Notes: a model not told the origin generated them from the sequence alone. Counted from the stretch's first letter, positions 1 through 10,371 are shown. The stretch: 41,648 nucleotides of DNA from Candidatus Nanohaloarchaea archaeon (GCA_046497485.1 JAWOFP010000009.1:1-41648); one strand, 5' to 3'. Translations and numbers: made by a program.

Positions 1-113
1 ATTCTTACTTCAATATCCAATGAGAGATTAAAATCCATATTTTTTAACTCTCAACTAGGCCTAGACTTGGAGAAGTGAAAGTTGATTTAAGGTTTCCAGT
101 CCAGTTTTTTATT

Positions 114-1115
114 ATGGATACTGAGGACTTAATCGAGAAGGTTGTGGAGGCCTCCGAGCTTGAAAAAGATGAATTAGAGGAAAAAGTGGAGGAAAAAATG
201 GAGGAGTTTGAAGGCCTTGTAAGTGAAGAAGGCGCTGTTCATTTAGTCGCTAAAGAGCACGGCGTAGATCTTTCAGAGTCAAGCGCAGCCGACCTAAAAA
301 TTGAGAATATTGTTCCTGAGATGCGTAAAGTTATCATCAAAGGAAAAGTCCTCAATGTTTCCCAGATGAATACTTTTGAGAGAGATGACGACGAGGAAGA
401 CGGAAAAGTCCAGAACTTAGTCCTTGGCGACGATACAGGAACTATAAGAGTTACTTTATGGGACGAACAGACTGAAATCGCTCAGAATGTTGATGAAGGG
501 GATGTAATTGAAATGTCAGGATGCTACACTGTAGAAGATGACCAAGGTAGAGCAGAGTTAAGACTTGGTGATTCCGCACAGGTTAAAATGGTTGATGAAG
601 ACGAAAAGGAAGACTTCGACGATATAGAGCTTCAGTCTACTTCCGAAGTGGCTATCTCAGAGGTAGCAGGTGAAGGGAACAGCTTCAAAATAAACGGAAT
701 GATAATGGCCGTCTACACATCCAACCCATTTTACAGAGTTGATCCTGATTCCGGAGATACAGTCAGGGAAGACGACGATGGAAACTATGTTACAGATGAC
801 GGAACAGAAGTAGATGATCCAGAGGGAAGACTTGCAGTATCCGCAGTTGTAGACGACGGAACAGAAAATATTCGAGCTGTATTCTTCGGTGAACAGGCAC
901 GAGACATGTTAGGCCTGACCGAGGAACAGGAAAAAGAGATGGATACTGACGCAGTTGAAGACGCAGCCGAAGAAGTAAAAGGTAAAGAAGTAGAAGTCGA
1001 AGGAAGAACCCGTTACAACGACTACTTCGGAGCAGTAGAGATACTGGTAAATGAAATGAATGAGTCAAAAATGGAGAACAAGATTGAGGAAATGCTTGAA
1101 ATTCTTGAGGCCTAA
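114..1115 (+). CDS. rpa: Replication protein A / ssDNA-binding protein (DUF2240-like N-terminus plus OB folds)
   Basis: N-terminal EFEGLVSEEGAVHLVAKEHG; OB-fold motifs GDDTGTIRVTLWD and VDDGTENIRAVFF; adjacent to radA. ATG at 114 preferred over GTG at 75 because ATTTAAG at 85-91 sits about 26 nt upstream. Confidence 0.9.
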   Translation: MDTEDLIEKVVEASELEKDELEEKVEEKMEEFEGLVSEEGAVHLVAKEHGVDLSESSAADLKIENIVPEMRKVIIKGKVLNVSQMNTFERDDDEEDGKVQNLVLGDDTGTIRVTLWDEQTEIAQNVDEGDVIEMSGCYTVEDDQGRAELRLGDSAQVKMVDEDEKEDFDDIELQSTSEVAISEVAGEGNSFKINGMIMAVYTSNPFYRVDPDSGDTVREDDDGNYVTDDGTEVDDPEGRLAVSAVVDDGTENIRAVFFGEQARDMLGLTEEQEKEMDTDAVEDAAEEVKGKEVEVEGRTRYNDYFGAVEILVNEMNESKMENKIEEMLEILEA

Positions 1116-1153
1116 AAATTATATTATGAATAACAAGGAGGGAGTTTTTTGAT

Positions 1154-2098
1154 ATGTCAGACGACGTTGAATTAGAAGACATTAAAGGAGTAGGAGGGAA
1201 GACGGCTGAAAAGCTTAGAGATGCAGGTTATGAAGAGCTGATGAGTATCGCAACCATGAGTTCCGGAGAGCTATCTGAGATCGCAGATCTTGGAGACAAG
1301 AAGGCTCAAAGCATCATCACAGAATCCCGAAAACATCTTGACATCGGATTTGAAAGCGGAAAAGACCGTTTCGATAAAAGAAAACAGATGAAGAGAATCA
1401 AGACAAGCAGCGAAAACTTTGATGAGATTCTAGGTGGCGGAATCGAGACTCAGGCTATTACAGAAGTATACGGAGAGTATGGATCTGCAAAGACCCAGAT
1501 CTCACACCAGCTAGCTTGTAATGTCCAGCTTCCAGAGGAAGAAGGAGGCCTTGGACGAGAAGCAATCTACATCGACACCGAAGATACTTTTACGCCTACA
1601 AGAATTGAGCAGATGGCGGAAGCAAACGGCCAAGATGTTGAGGAAACTTTAGAGAACATTCATGTAGCGAGAGCATTCAACTCAGACCATCAGATGCTTC
1701 TAGCAGATGAAGCACAGGAGATCTGCCAGAACAATGATATAGGCCTGATTGTAGTAGATTCACTGACCGCACAGTTCCGATCAGATTATGTAGGTCGTGG
1801 AGAGCTAGCACCTCGACAGCAAAAGCTGAACAAGCACATGAACACATTGTTGAGATTAGCTAATGCACACAACCTGGCTGTACTTGTAACCAACCAAGTC
1901 ATGTCTAACCCAGATCAGATGTTTGGGGATCCTACAAAGGCTATAGGAGGCCACATTGTGGCACACAACTCAGCAGTAAGGCTTTACTTGAGAAAAAGTA
2001 AGAAAGACAAGAGAATCGCCCGTCTAGTAGACAGTCCTTACATGCCTGAAGGAGAAGCCGTCTTCAAAGTCAAGGACGAAGGAATAATCGACGGATAG
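1154..2098 (+). CDS. radA: DNA repair and recombination protein RadA
   Basis: N-terminal HhH (IKGVGGKTAEKL), Walker A GEYGSAKT, YIDTE, Walker B IVVDS, GRGELAPRQQKL, VTNQV, RIARLVDSP; purine-rich SD-like GGAGGGAG upstream. Confidence 0.98.
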   Translation: MSDDVELEDIKGVGGKTAEKLRDAGYEELMSIATMSSGELSEIADLGDKKAQSIITESRKHLDIGFESGKDRFDKRKQMKRIKTSSENFDEILGGGIETQAITEVYGEYGSAKTQISHQLACNVQLPEEEGGLGREAIYIDTEDTFTPTRIEQMAEANGQDVEETLENIHVARAFNSDHQMLLADEAQEICQNNDIGLIVVDSLTAQFRSDYVGRGELAPRQQKLNKHMNTLLRLANAHNLAVLVTNQVMSNPDQMFGDPTKAIGGHIVAHNSAVRLYLRKSKKDKRIARLVDSPYMPEGEAVFKVKDEGIIDG

Positions 2099-2123
2099 AG
2101 TTTACACATATCTGCATTTTTTC

Positions 2124-2477
2124 TTATTTTCTTGGTTCTTTATCGAAGTCAGCAGGTTCCAGCGCGTCAATAATCCCATACTGCGCACTCATCATGCTTT
2201 CTATCGTACTGACATGAACTGTGCCTATGCTTTCCGATGCAACCCCAAATCTTGATGCAGAATTACCTTCTATGGATACCCGATTAGAGTCAGAAATATG
2301 ATACACAGTTATTTCATTTTTTCTATTATCTGTTGTCCAAAGGCCTGAAAATGCTTTATCTTCTAAATAGTATTGAAAGTTTTTCTGAGAATAGTCTTCT
2401 TCATCTAAAATAATTTCAAGGGCGTTCTCAGCCCTTCTAAGATTAGGTAGAAATTCGCTGTAATCAGGTAAATCCAT
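2124..2477 (-). CDS. Hypothetical protein
   Basis: 117-aa acidic ORF filling the gap downstream of the PRC-barrel gene; no recognised motif. Confidence 0.65.
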   Translation of the reverse strand: MDLPDYSEFLPNLRRAENALEIILDEEDYSQKNFQYYLEDKAFSGLWTTDNRKNEITVYHISDSNRVSIEGNSASRFGVASESIGTVHVSTIESMMSAQYGIIDALEPADFDKEPRK

Positions 2478-2486
2478 TAACAGGAT

Positions 2487-2744
2487 CTACATGATGTCGT
2501 CTTCTGAGACTATTACAAAGTCTCCTACGGACTTAACTGCGCTGAACGGGATGATATTACGACCTTTCTTATCTTCCTGAAGCTCTGAATCATCTAAGTG
2601 CTTCGTAGTATTGGTTACGAGCAGGTTCATCAGTTCTCCTGATCCTGCGACAAATGACATGTCTTGGACTTTGCCGAATTTTTTACCGTGTTCTTCTGAT
2701 ACAACTGTTCTTCCCGTGATCTCCTTTGCGCGTGGATTAGCCAT
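2487..2744 (-). CDS. PRC-barrel domain protein (CdpB-like)
   Basis: ITGRTVVSEEHGKKFGKVQDM and IIPFSAVKSVGDFVIV match the archaeal stand-alone PRC-barrel pattern. Confidence 0.88.
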   Translation of the reverse strand: MANPRAKEITGRTVVSEEHGKKFGKVQDMSFVAGSGELMNLLVTNTTKHLDDSELQEDKKGRNIIPFSAVKSVGDFVIVSEDDIM

Positions 2745-2802
2745 TATTCAAGTTTACACCTGTTAACAAACAAATATTAGTGAGGGACAGTTAAAAGAAT
2801 GT

Positions 2803-3333
2803 ATGACGCGGGCATTCACCGCAATACCCTTACTAGAAGAACAAACCAAGAAACTTAGGAGAATCCAAGAAAAATTAGATATTGGAAGGCCTGTACCGCA
2901 GGAGAAAATGCATATCACATTCGAATTCTTTGAAGACTTAGATGAGTTGGAGATTGCTGAGATCAAAACCTACTTGGAGTCAATAGAGACAGAGCCTTTA
3001 AACATTCGGATTAAAGGCCTTGGCGCATTTCCCAGTAAGAAGTTTGTCAGAGTGCTCTGGGCAGGGATAGAATCAGAGAATATAGAAGATTTATTCAGAA
3101 ATGCCTCGGATCACGAAGTAGAATCCGACAACGACCACAATTTCAGGCCTCATGTAACATTGAATAGAGTGGATGAGTTGAGAGCATTGGAGAAAAAACA
3201 TGTGCACGAGATAATGCAAGAATACAATGGGAAACTTATAGGAAGCTTTCAGGCCTCAGAACTTGTATTTTATGAGTCGGAGATGACTTCTAACGGCGCC
3301 AACTACAGGAAAATGTATGTGAAAAATCTATGA
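2803..3333 (+). CDS. thpR: RNA 2',3'-cyclic phosphodiesterase (2H family, 2'-5' RNA ligase)
   Basis: RAFTAI start, two HxT motifs (HITF, PHVTL), GLGAFP, RVLWAG. Confidence 0.93.
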   Translation: MTRAFTAIPLLEEQTKKLRRIQEKLDIGRPVPQEKMHITFEFFEDLDELEIAEIKTYLESIETEPLNIRIKGLGAFPSKKFVRVLWAGIESENIEDLFRNASDHEVESDNDHNFRPHVTLNRVDELRALEKKHVHEIMQEYNGKLIGSFQASELVFYESEMTSNGANYRKMYVKNL

Positions 3334-3668
3334 GTAATATTAGAGAAAAGGATATTTACAGAGCCTGCATAGTTCTCTCTATTATAGGCCTTGGAGTTAT
3401 CCATATCTCGCATTCCTATATTCAACCAGATAAAGTCGGTATAGATCAGATAGATGAGACCTGGATGGGGAACACTGTCCAGATATCAGGAAATGTACGA
3501 GATCATTTTCAGACGGGTAATGCCGCGTTTTTCACGCTTGAAAACTCGTCGCATACTATAAGCGTTGCAGATTTCGAATCAAGAAATATTTCAGACCAAG
3601 TAACAGTTACAGGCCATGTCGATATTTACCAAGGTGATTTACAGATAGTTGCACAGAAAATAGAATAG
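3330..3668 (+). CDS. Membrane-anchored OB-fold protein
   Basis: N-terminal TM helix, then GNTVQISGNV...VTVTGHVDIYQGDLQIVA OB pattern; ATGA overlap with thpR. Confidence 0.75.
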   Translation: MSNIREKDIYRACIVLSIIGLGVIHISHSYIQPDKVGIDQIDETWMGNTVQISGNVRDHFQTGNAAFFTLENSSHTISVADFESRNISDQVTVTGHVDIYQGDLQIVAQKIE

Positions 3669-3686
3669 GAAAAAGATTTTTGAGGC

Positions 3687-5174
3687 CTATAAGTTGTAGA
3701 TTTCCCCGTATTTACTCTCTATGTACTCTAGGAAGTAATCGGGGTTTAATTTTTCTCCAGTAGCTTGTTCAATCAAGTCTTCAGTTTTGTACAAGCTTCC
3801 TTTACTATGGATGTTTTCCTTTAACCAGTTTTTAAGTTCTTCAAACTCTCCTTCACTTATTTTTTCATCCAGACTTTCTATTTCTTCTTCCATTGCTTGA
3901 TAGATTTGAGCTGAAAGCACACTTCCAAGCGAGTAAGTCGTGAAGTAACCTATACTACCCTGATACCAGTGGATATCCTGTAGGACTCCTTCAACATCGT
4001 TTTCAGGCCTCATTCCAAGCAGCTCTTCCATTTTATCGTTCCATTTCTCCGGAAGATCTTCCACTTCTATCTCTCCATTCACCAGTCTTCTCTCCAGACT
4101 GTATCTTAAATAGATATGTAGATGATAAGTTACCTCATCTGCTTCTACACGAATCAGATTCTCTTCTTTCACCCTGTTGATAGATTTCCAAAACTCTTCC
4201 TCAGAACTATCTTCAAAGGCCTCAATTTCCTGAAGCTTAGGCGTAAAGTGATTCCAGAAATCCCTAGATCTTGCTACATGATTTTCCCAGAGCCTTGACT
4301 GAGACTCATGGATTGAGAGATCTCTTGAACTACCTGCTGGAAGACCATAATATTCTTTTGGAAGGCCTAATTCGTATAGAGCGTGTCCAAATTCGTGGAT
4401 AGTCGGCAGAATTGATTTTGAGATATCATTTGTGTTAAACCGTGTTGTAATTCTAGCATCGTGCTGATTTCCTACCGTGAACGGGTGTTCTGAAGTATCA
4501 AGTCTTCCTCGATCCCAGTCGTAACCTAAATCACTCAGAATCTCTTTATTCAATTCTAATTGCCTTTCTTTTGAGACCTCTTTTTCGAAGCAGTTTTCAG
4601 GCCTGACATCTGAACCTTTAATTCTGTCGAATAAATCTGTTAATTCATCTCTTAAGGCCTCCATAACTTTCTGCATGTTCTCGAACTCAATATACGGTTC
4701 GTAGTCCTTGAATAGTACTTTGTAAGGCTCTTCATCTGGATCGATTTGTCTGGCGTACTCTCTCTTTAATTCAATTAGTTCTTCAAGATCTTCTTTAACT
4801 ATGTCAAAATTTCCTTCTTTTCTTGCCTTCTTCCATTTATCTAAGGTTTGAGAAGACTTAGATGAGATCTCCTCAATCAGTTCTTGATTGACACTTGAGG
4901 ACCTATCGTGCTCTCTCTTGATCTCTCTGTAAGTGCTTTCATCTCCTTGATCCAAGGATTCAGACTCAACTTCTTGAAGAATCTGACCCAACTCACTTGA
5001 AACAAGTATTTGGTGGCTGAGGCCTGAAAGAACTGAAAGCTGTTGCTGCCGGGCTTCCACACCTTTCTCCGGCATCATAACTTCCTGGTCCCAGTGCAGG
5101 ATTTCTGAGGCCTCCTCAATATTTGTGATTTTCTTGGACTTGTCCTTCAGTTTCTTCAAAGATTCATCGCTCAT
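3687..5174 (-). CDS. Carboxypeptidase, M32 family
   Basis: HPF, HEFGH (HExxH), HESQSRLWEN, IRVEADE, QDIHW, GYFTTYSLG. Confidence 0.96.
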   Translation of the reverse strand: MSDESLKKLKDKSKKITNIEEASEILHWDQEVMMPEKGVEARQQQLSVLSGLSHQILVSSELGQILQEVESESLDQGDESTYREIKREHDRSSSVNQELIEEISSKSSQTLDKWKKARKEGNFDIVKEDLEELIELKREYARQIDPDEEPYKVLFKDYEPYIEFENMQKVMEALRDELTDLFDRIKGSDVRPENCFEKEVSKERQLELNKEILSDLGYDWDRGRLDTSEHPFTVGNQHDARITTRFNTNDISKSILPTIHEFGHALYELGLPKEYYGLPAGSSRDLSIHESQSRLWENHVARSRDFWNHFTPKLQEIEAFEDSSEEEFWKSINRVKEENLIRVEADEVTYHLHIYLRYSLERRLVNGEIEVEDLPEKWNDKMEELLGMRPENDVEGVLQDIHWYQGSIGYFTTYSLGSVLSAQIYQAMEEEIESLDEKISEGEFEELKNWLKENIHSKGSLYKTEDLIEQATGEKLNPDYFLEYIESKYGEIYNL

Positions 5175-5218
5175 AAGTCAAAAATTATAGGTAGAAGATT
5201 AAATTACTGAGGCCTAAT

Positions 5219-6256
5219 CTAGAAATGGTCTTCAAAACTCTCAAAGGCCTCTCCCATGAAATCTACTGCTCCTTCTGCATCCGACATTTTCAGAACTTCT
5301 ATCGCCGTATGCAAGTGTCTAGTCGGTATAACTACTACTCCTGTTGGGACTCCTGAACGGCTTACGCTGATCTCTCCGGCGTTAGTCTTACCAGTGTTGT
5401 AAAGCTTTCTGTGGTAGTTGAAGTCGTTTTCCGCGCTCTCAATCAGCCAGTTACGAACACTTTCCGGAGTAATTACGCCACGGCCTGAGGCCTCTACCAT
5501 GGTGAGTCCAAAGCCGTCGCCTGTGAACTCGTCAGAGTCATCCAAGTCCATGTTAGGAGTATCCCCTGCTCTAGCTGTCTCCAGCACAACGGCCGCATCA
5601 GGCCTTACATCGAAAGCCGATGTTTTTGCACCTTTCCTGCCCACTTCCTCCTGTGCAGAGAACACAGCAACCAGCTCATAGTCTTCGTCAAAGTTCTTGA
5701 AGGCCTCAATCGCAATAGCACAGCCAATTCTATTATCCATTGCCGGGCCTGTCACATAACCATTAATCATTTCTTTGAAATCTCTGTCAAAAGTAATGTA
5801 GTCCCCTACACGAACACCACGGTCTAGAACATCTTGTCTATCATCTGCCCCGATATCGACGAAGGCCTTCTTCATCTGTGGTAGGTCTCCTTCCTCGCTG
5901 TTCTTAACTAGGTGAGAAGGCTTTCCGCCAATAACTCCTGTAAGCTCTTCTCCTTCAGAACTGTGTACAATTACTCTCTGATTGACTATCGAGATAGGAT
6001 ACGCACCCCCAATCTTTGAAACCCGGATAAAACCTTCCTCTGTTATCCTTCTGACACCCATACCGACTTGATCCATGTGGGCATCAATCATCAAAGTCTT
6101 ATCTCCAGAACCTCTCCTAGCGATTAAATTACCGAAATTATCAGTTTCTATACTATCTGCATAATCTTCTAACTCATTTTCAATTACTTCTCTTACAGCG
6201 CTTTCATCGCCCGAAACAGCAGGAGTCTCACAGAGTTCTCTCAGGAGGTCTTTCAT
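5219..6256 (-). CDS. M42 family aminopeptidase (TET-like)
   Basis: VSGDE, DAHMD, MDNRIG, QEEVG, RHLHT. Confidence 0.92.
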   Translation of the reverse strand: MKDLLRELCETPAVSGDESAVREVIENELEDYADSIETDNFGNLIARRGSGDKTLMIDAHMDQVGMGVRRITEEGFIRVSKIGGAYPISIVNQRVIVHSSEGEELTGVIGGKPSHLVKNSEEGDLPQMKKAFVDIGADDRQDVLDRGVRVGDYITFDRDFKEMINGYVTGPAMDNRIGCAIAIEAFKNFDEDYELVAVFSAQEEVGRKGAKTSAFDVRPDAAVVLETARAGDTPNMDLDDSDEFTGDGFGLTMVEASGRGVITPESVRNWLIESAENDFNYHRKLYNTGKTNAGEISVSRSGVPTGVVVIPTRHLHTAIEVLKMSDAEGAVDFMGEAFESFEDHF

Positions 6257-6336
6257 ACAGAACTATTAAGGATATATATTTTTTAGTTCAACCTTTCAGT
6301 CAAGGCCTAAATATCTAAACAACAAATACTTCTTCT

Positions 6337-7455
6337 ATGAACAAGACCAGAGATCAAAAAATTAGAGAATTCGCCGAAACCCTTGTAGACCACTCAGTAG
6401 AAGTGGAAGAGGGCGAAAACATTTACCTTAAAGCAGAGTCAATAGATGTGAAGCCTCTCTTCGATGAAGTCAGAAAACTGATAATTGAGAGAGGAGCCTA
6501 TCCTCACGAACACTTTATCTACGATTCTCAGATCGGGCGTTCAGGCCTCGATTACGACTGGATCAAACACGGCTCAAAAAAGCAGATGGAAAATGTGTCC
6601 GAGGCTAAAAAGAAAGAGCTGGAGGAGATGGATGCTTTCATAATGATAAGCGGCCGTGACAACGAAAGAGAGTTAAACGGGTTAGACCCAGAAAAGATAA
6701 CTTTGAGGAAAAAAGAGACACAAGAACTGTCGGATATAATTCACGAAGACAGATGGGTTCTAACGCGTTATCCAACAGATGCTTCTGCGCAGAACGCAGA
6801 CCTACCGACACAGGAATACGAAGATTTCTTGCTTGATGCAGTTACAGAAGTAAACTGGGATGAGATGGCGTCTAGAAACGAAAAAATTAAGGCCTGTTTC
6901 GATCAAGCAGATAAAGTTAGAATAGTCTCGGAAGGCACAGATCTAGAATTCAGTTTAGAGGAGAGGGAAGGGATCTCCAGTACTGGGAATCATAATATTC
7001 CGGACGGCGAGGTCTTCTACGCACCTTTAAAGAAATCAGTAAACGGTAAAGTCAGTTTCACCTATCCTGGCGTAAAGAGCGGAAACCAGGTTGAAGACGT
7101 AGTTCTAGAGTTCGAGGACGGGAAAGTAGCGGAGTTCTCTGCTTCAAAAAACGAGGAATATTTAGAGGCGCAGTTAAACACGGATGAAGGCGCCAAATAC
7201 CTTGGGGAGTTCGGAATAGGAACAAATATGCAGATCGACCGATTCATGAATGACCTAGGCCTCGATGAGAAAATAGGAGGTACAGTCCATCTTGCTCTAG
7301 GAAACGCATACGAAGAATCCGTCCCTGAAAACGAGGAGAAGAACAATTCCGCTATTCATTGGGATATTGTAAAGGATTTAAGAGAAAATGAGGATGGAGG
7401 AAAGATCTTCTGTGATGGAGAGAAAGTATTTGAAGACGGAGACTGGCTGATCTAG
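6337..7455 (+). CDS. Aminopeptidase, M29 family (AmpS/AmpT)
   Basis: NIPDGEVF, GEFGIG, DEKIGGTVHLALG, SAIHWD. Confidence 0.94.
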   Translation: MNKTRDQKIREFAETLVDHSVEVEEGENIYLKAESIDVKPLFDEVRKLIIERGAYPHEHFIYDSQIGRSGLDYDWIKHGSKKQMENVSEAKKKELEEMDAFIMISGRDNERELNGLDPEKITLRKKETQELSDIIHEDRWVLTRYPTDASAQNADLPTQEYEDFLLDAVTEVNWDEMASRNEKIKACFDQADKVRIVSEGTDLEFSLEEREGISSTGNHNIPDGEVFYAPLKKSVNGKVSFTYPGVKSGNQVEDVVLEFEDGKVAEFSASKNEEYLEAQLNTDEGAKYLGEFGIGTNMQIDRFMNDLGLDEKIGGTVHLALGNAYEESVPENEEKNNSAIHWDIVKDLRENEDGGKIFCDGEKVFEDGDWLI

Positions 7456-9224
7456 CTTATCTCCTCTTCTGCTTTCTCCAAATACATTTCATACTCTTCC
7501 ATTGCTTTTTCTACAGGCCTTGAAGTGGTTAAGTCTGCTCCAGCTTCCTTTAATGATTCAAGGCTGTACTGGCTCCCTCCTTTCTCTAGGAAATCTAGGT
7601 AGTCTTCCGGTCCTTCTTCCAGTATTTTCTGGGATAGCACGGTGCCGGCTGAAAGGCCTGTCGCATACTTGTAGACATAGAAGTTGTAGTAGAAATGCGG
7701 TATCCGCATCCATTCTCTAGATATAGTGTTTCCTACCTCTGCTCTCTGATAGTAGTTTTTCTTTAGTTCAAGATATTTTTCATCCAGTTTATCAGGGCTT
7801 AAGGCTTCTCCACTTTCTATCTCTTCGTGAATCCATTTTTCGAACTCTGAGAACATTGTCTGGCGGAAAACTGTGCCTCTAAACTTCTCCAATGCATAAC
7901 TCAGTACATGCATTCTGAATTCTTTGTCTTCTACTGTCTCCAGTAAGTGTTTAGTGAGTAAGGCCTCATTTGTAGTTGAAGCAACTTCAGCTTGGAAAAT
8001 AGTATAGCCGCTTTCGTGATAGGCCTGGTTTTCACTGCTTAGCTTTGAGTGCATTGAATGTCCCAACTCGTGAGCCAGTGTGAACATTGAGGAGACATCG
8101 TTCTGATAGTTCAACAGGATGTAAGGTTTGGAGTCGTAGCTTCCTCCGGAATAAGCTCCTGACCTCTTTCCTTTGTTTTCGTAGACATCAACCCATCCGT
8201 TTTCAAGACCTTCCCTAACCTGTTCCACATAGTCTTCTCCCAAAGGCTTCAAAGCTTCGAGTATATGTTCTTTGGCGTCTTCATACTCTATTTCAGGGCT
8301 TTCTGAATCAGCGACCGGCATGTAGATATCATGCATCTCTAACTCCTCTAGGCCTAGAGTCTTTTCCTTTAATTCCAGGTGTCTTTGGAAAAGATCCAAG
8401 TTTTCTCTGACAGCTTCGATTAAGTTATCATTAACTGATTCAGAGATTTTATCCGGCTTGGTTGAGGCCTGACGCGCAGAATCAAAGTCTTTGATTTCAG
8501 CCTCTCTAACATTCTTGTTCACATTTTTCTCCAGCGTAGTCGTGATAGTATTTCGATAGTTTGAGAAGGTCCCGTACATTTCTTGGAATACTTTTTCCCT
8601 GAACTCTCTGTCCTGATGCTTCATGAACTTAGTGAAGTTTCCTTGCGTGAGTTCTACTTTGTCTCCTTCAGGCCTTTCAACTTCTGGAAAAGTAAGATCT
8701 GCATTGGTTAAAATCGAGTAGGTTTCGTGCGCCGCATCAGTCACATCTCCAAGCGATGCAAGAATCCTTGACTCTTGATAAGTCAGCTTATGTTGCTTCA
8801 TTCTGAACAAGTCATTCAGATAGAAGCTGTATTCATCAACTTTTCCTTCTTCCAACCAATTTTCTACTCTGCTTTTATTCTGGACAATTTCCGGCTCAAT
8901 AAAACTTATTGATTTCTCAAACTCTGTGTTCAAGGCCTTGATCTTTGACACAAGCTCTCTAGGCTTTTGCTCTCTTGTATCCTGGTCTCGGAGCATGAAA
9001 GCATACTTTTTCAAGTTCTCAATCCTTCTATCCAGCCCAAACCGTTCTTCCAGTACATCATTCAGTCTTTCAGGCGAATCTGCCGTAGTTCCTTCAAACT
9101 TATCGAAATCCTCTACCTGGCCTTTTACCTGTTTGAACTCTTTACTCCATTCTTCCTCGGAAGAGTACATATCTTCCAGATCCCACTTGTACTCATCTCC
9201 GATCTCCGATCTCTCATCTACCAT
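7452..9224 (-). CDS. pepF: Oligoendopeptidase F (M3B)
   Basis: YKWDL, GKRSGAYS, HELGH (HExxH), AEVAST, RIPHFYYNFYVYKYATG. ATG at 9224 preferred over the TTG at 9245. Confidence 0.95.
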   Translation of the reverse strand: MVDERSEIGDEYKWDLEDMYSSEEEWSKEFKQVKGQVEDFDKFEGTTADSPERLNDVLEERFGLDRRIENLKKYAFMLRDQDTREQKPRELVSKIKALNTEFEKSISFIEPEIVQNKSRVENWLEEGKVDEYSFYLNDLFRMKQHKLTYQESRILASLGDVTDAAHETYSILTNADLTFPEVERPEGDKVELTQGNFTKFMKHQDREFREKVFQEMYGTFSNYRNTITTTLEKNVNKNVREAEIKDFDSARQASTKPDKISESVNDNLIEAVRENLDLFQRHLELKEKTLGLEELEMHDIYMPVADSESPEIEYEDAKEHILEALKPLGEDYVEQVREGLENGWVDVYENKGKRSGAYSGGSYDSKPYILLNYQNDVSSMFTLAHELGHSMHSKLSSENQAYHESGYTIFQAEVASTTNEALLTKHLLETVEDKEFRMHVLSYALEKFRGTVFRQTMFSEFEKWIHEEIESGEALSPDKLDEKYLELKKNYYQRAEVGNTISREWMRIPHFYYNFYVYKYATGLSAGTVLSQKILEEGPEDYLDFLEKGGSQYSLESLKEAGADLTTSRPVEKAMEEYEMYLEKAEEEIS

Positions 9225-9254
9225 GTAAAAAGAATCATCCAACAATATTCAATT

Positions 9255-9635
9255 ATGTTGCGGTACCTGATCGTGCTTTTACTGGTGATGCCTTTCATCG
9301 ATATGTATGTCCTGATAGAGGCCTCATCAATCCTAGGATTCTGGCAAGTAATAGCTTTAGTCCTGGTCACAGGGCTTATAGGTGCAGAACTTATCAGAAG
9401 AGAAGGCCGTCATGTCCTGCTGAAATTACAGCAGTCAGTTACCGCAGGAGAAATCTCAAGAAATATGGCAGAAGGCCTAATCATAGTACTATGCGGAGCC
9501 TTACTATTGACTCCAGGATTCATAACCGATATCCTAGGATTCTTGCTAATTTTCAGGCCTCTGAGAGAAAGACTAGTCGCTCACTTAATGAATAATTTTA
9601 ATTCCGGAATGAATATGGAAATCCGGACCTTCTAA
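9255..9635 (+). CDS. fxsA: FxsA family membrane protein
   Basis: PFIDMYVLI, LVTGLIG, GALLLTPGFITDILG. ATG at 9255 avoids overlap with pepF; only 30 bp separate the divergent starts. Confidence 0.9.
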   Translation: MLRYLIVLLLVMPFIDMYVLIEASSILGFWQVIALVLVTGLIGAELIRREGRHVLLKLQQSVTAGEISRNMAEGLIIVLCGALLLTPGFITDILGFLLIFRPLRERLVAHLMNNFNSGMNMEIRTF

Positions 9636-10330
9636 CGCCTCAAAGATATGAGGATAGATACTCCGAAGAGTAGAGGACCTGCTTCCTGAGGAATATTTAG
9701 ACCCAATAATGACAGGCCTATCAAGAGTAAAACTAGCGAGCCACCATACCTGACATATGTCAAGTTCATGCTATATTTTTTGAGAACAGTCGCCATGTAG
9801 AGGCCTATGGACGCCAGTGCGACTGTAACTAAAGCAGGCTGGACATAGCTCAATGTTAGGCTGAAACCATTCATTCCTTGATATGAAAGTAGTAGGCCTG
9901 TCAGTATTATCGCTGTTGGAGGCAGTCTATCTCCTATATCTATATCAGCTAATTGTAAGCTTATGCTTATGACTGCGAGCGCAGCTGCATACTTTAGTAG
10001 GCCTGTAGCGAAAAGAGATTGGAATATAGGTGCGACCAATGCCACTAGTAATGCACCTGTGAGTACGACAGGTATTACATTGTTCACCATTTGAACTGCT
10101 TCATCTCGCGTCTCTGATTCAGAGTAAAGTACTGCTAATGCTCCTGCTCCTGCGAAGATGGTGACCGCCACATTTATCATCTGGCTGAATGTGCTTACCG
10201 CACCTGTAACTAGTAAAGTAGCGAATACGCCGTCTACAAGCGGAAGGCATAGTATGAAGGCAAGCTCTCTGCTTCCGTCGTCCTTGAGCATGTGCCGTGA
10301 AGCGCCAGCTTTGAGTTGTTCCAGAACCAT
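9632..10330 (-). CDS. Multi-pass membrane protein, DUF5794-like
   Basis: LPLVDGVFATLLVTGA recalls the haloarchaeal DUF5794 family; about 7 hydrophobic segments. Confidence 0.7.
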   Translation of the reverse strand: MVLEQLKAGASRHMLKDDGSRELAFILCLPLVDGVFATLLVTGAVSTFSQMINVAVTIFAGAGALAVLYSESETRDEAVQMVNNVIPVVLTGALLVALVAPIFQSLFATGLLKYAAALAVISISLQLADIDIGDRLPPTAIILTGLLLSYQGMNGFSLTLSYVQPALVTVALASIGLYMATVLKKYSMNLTYVRYGGSLVLLLIGLSLLGLNIPQEAGPLLFGVSILISLRR

Positions 10331-10371
10331 GAAAGAAATACCCTGTGTAGAAAAGCGGTCCCGGGATCAAA

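Noticed and set aside
1..5300. CTAG over-representation
   Set aside because: A rough count of about 12 in 5 kb is not above random expectation.
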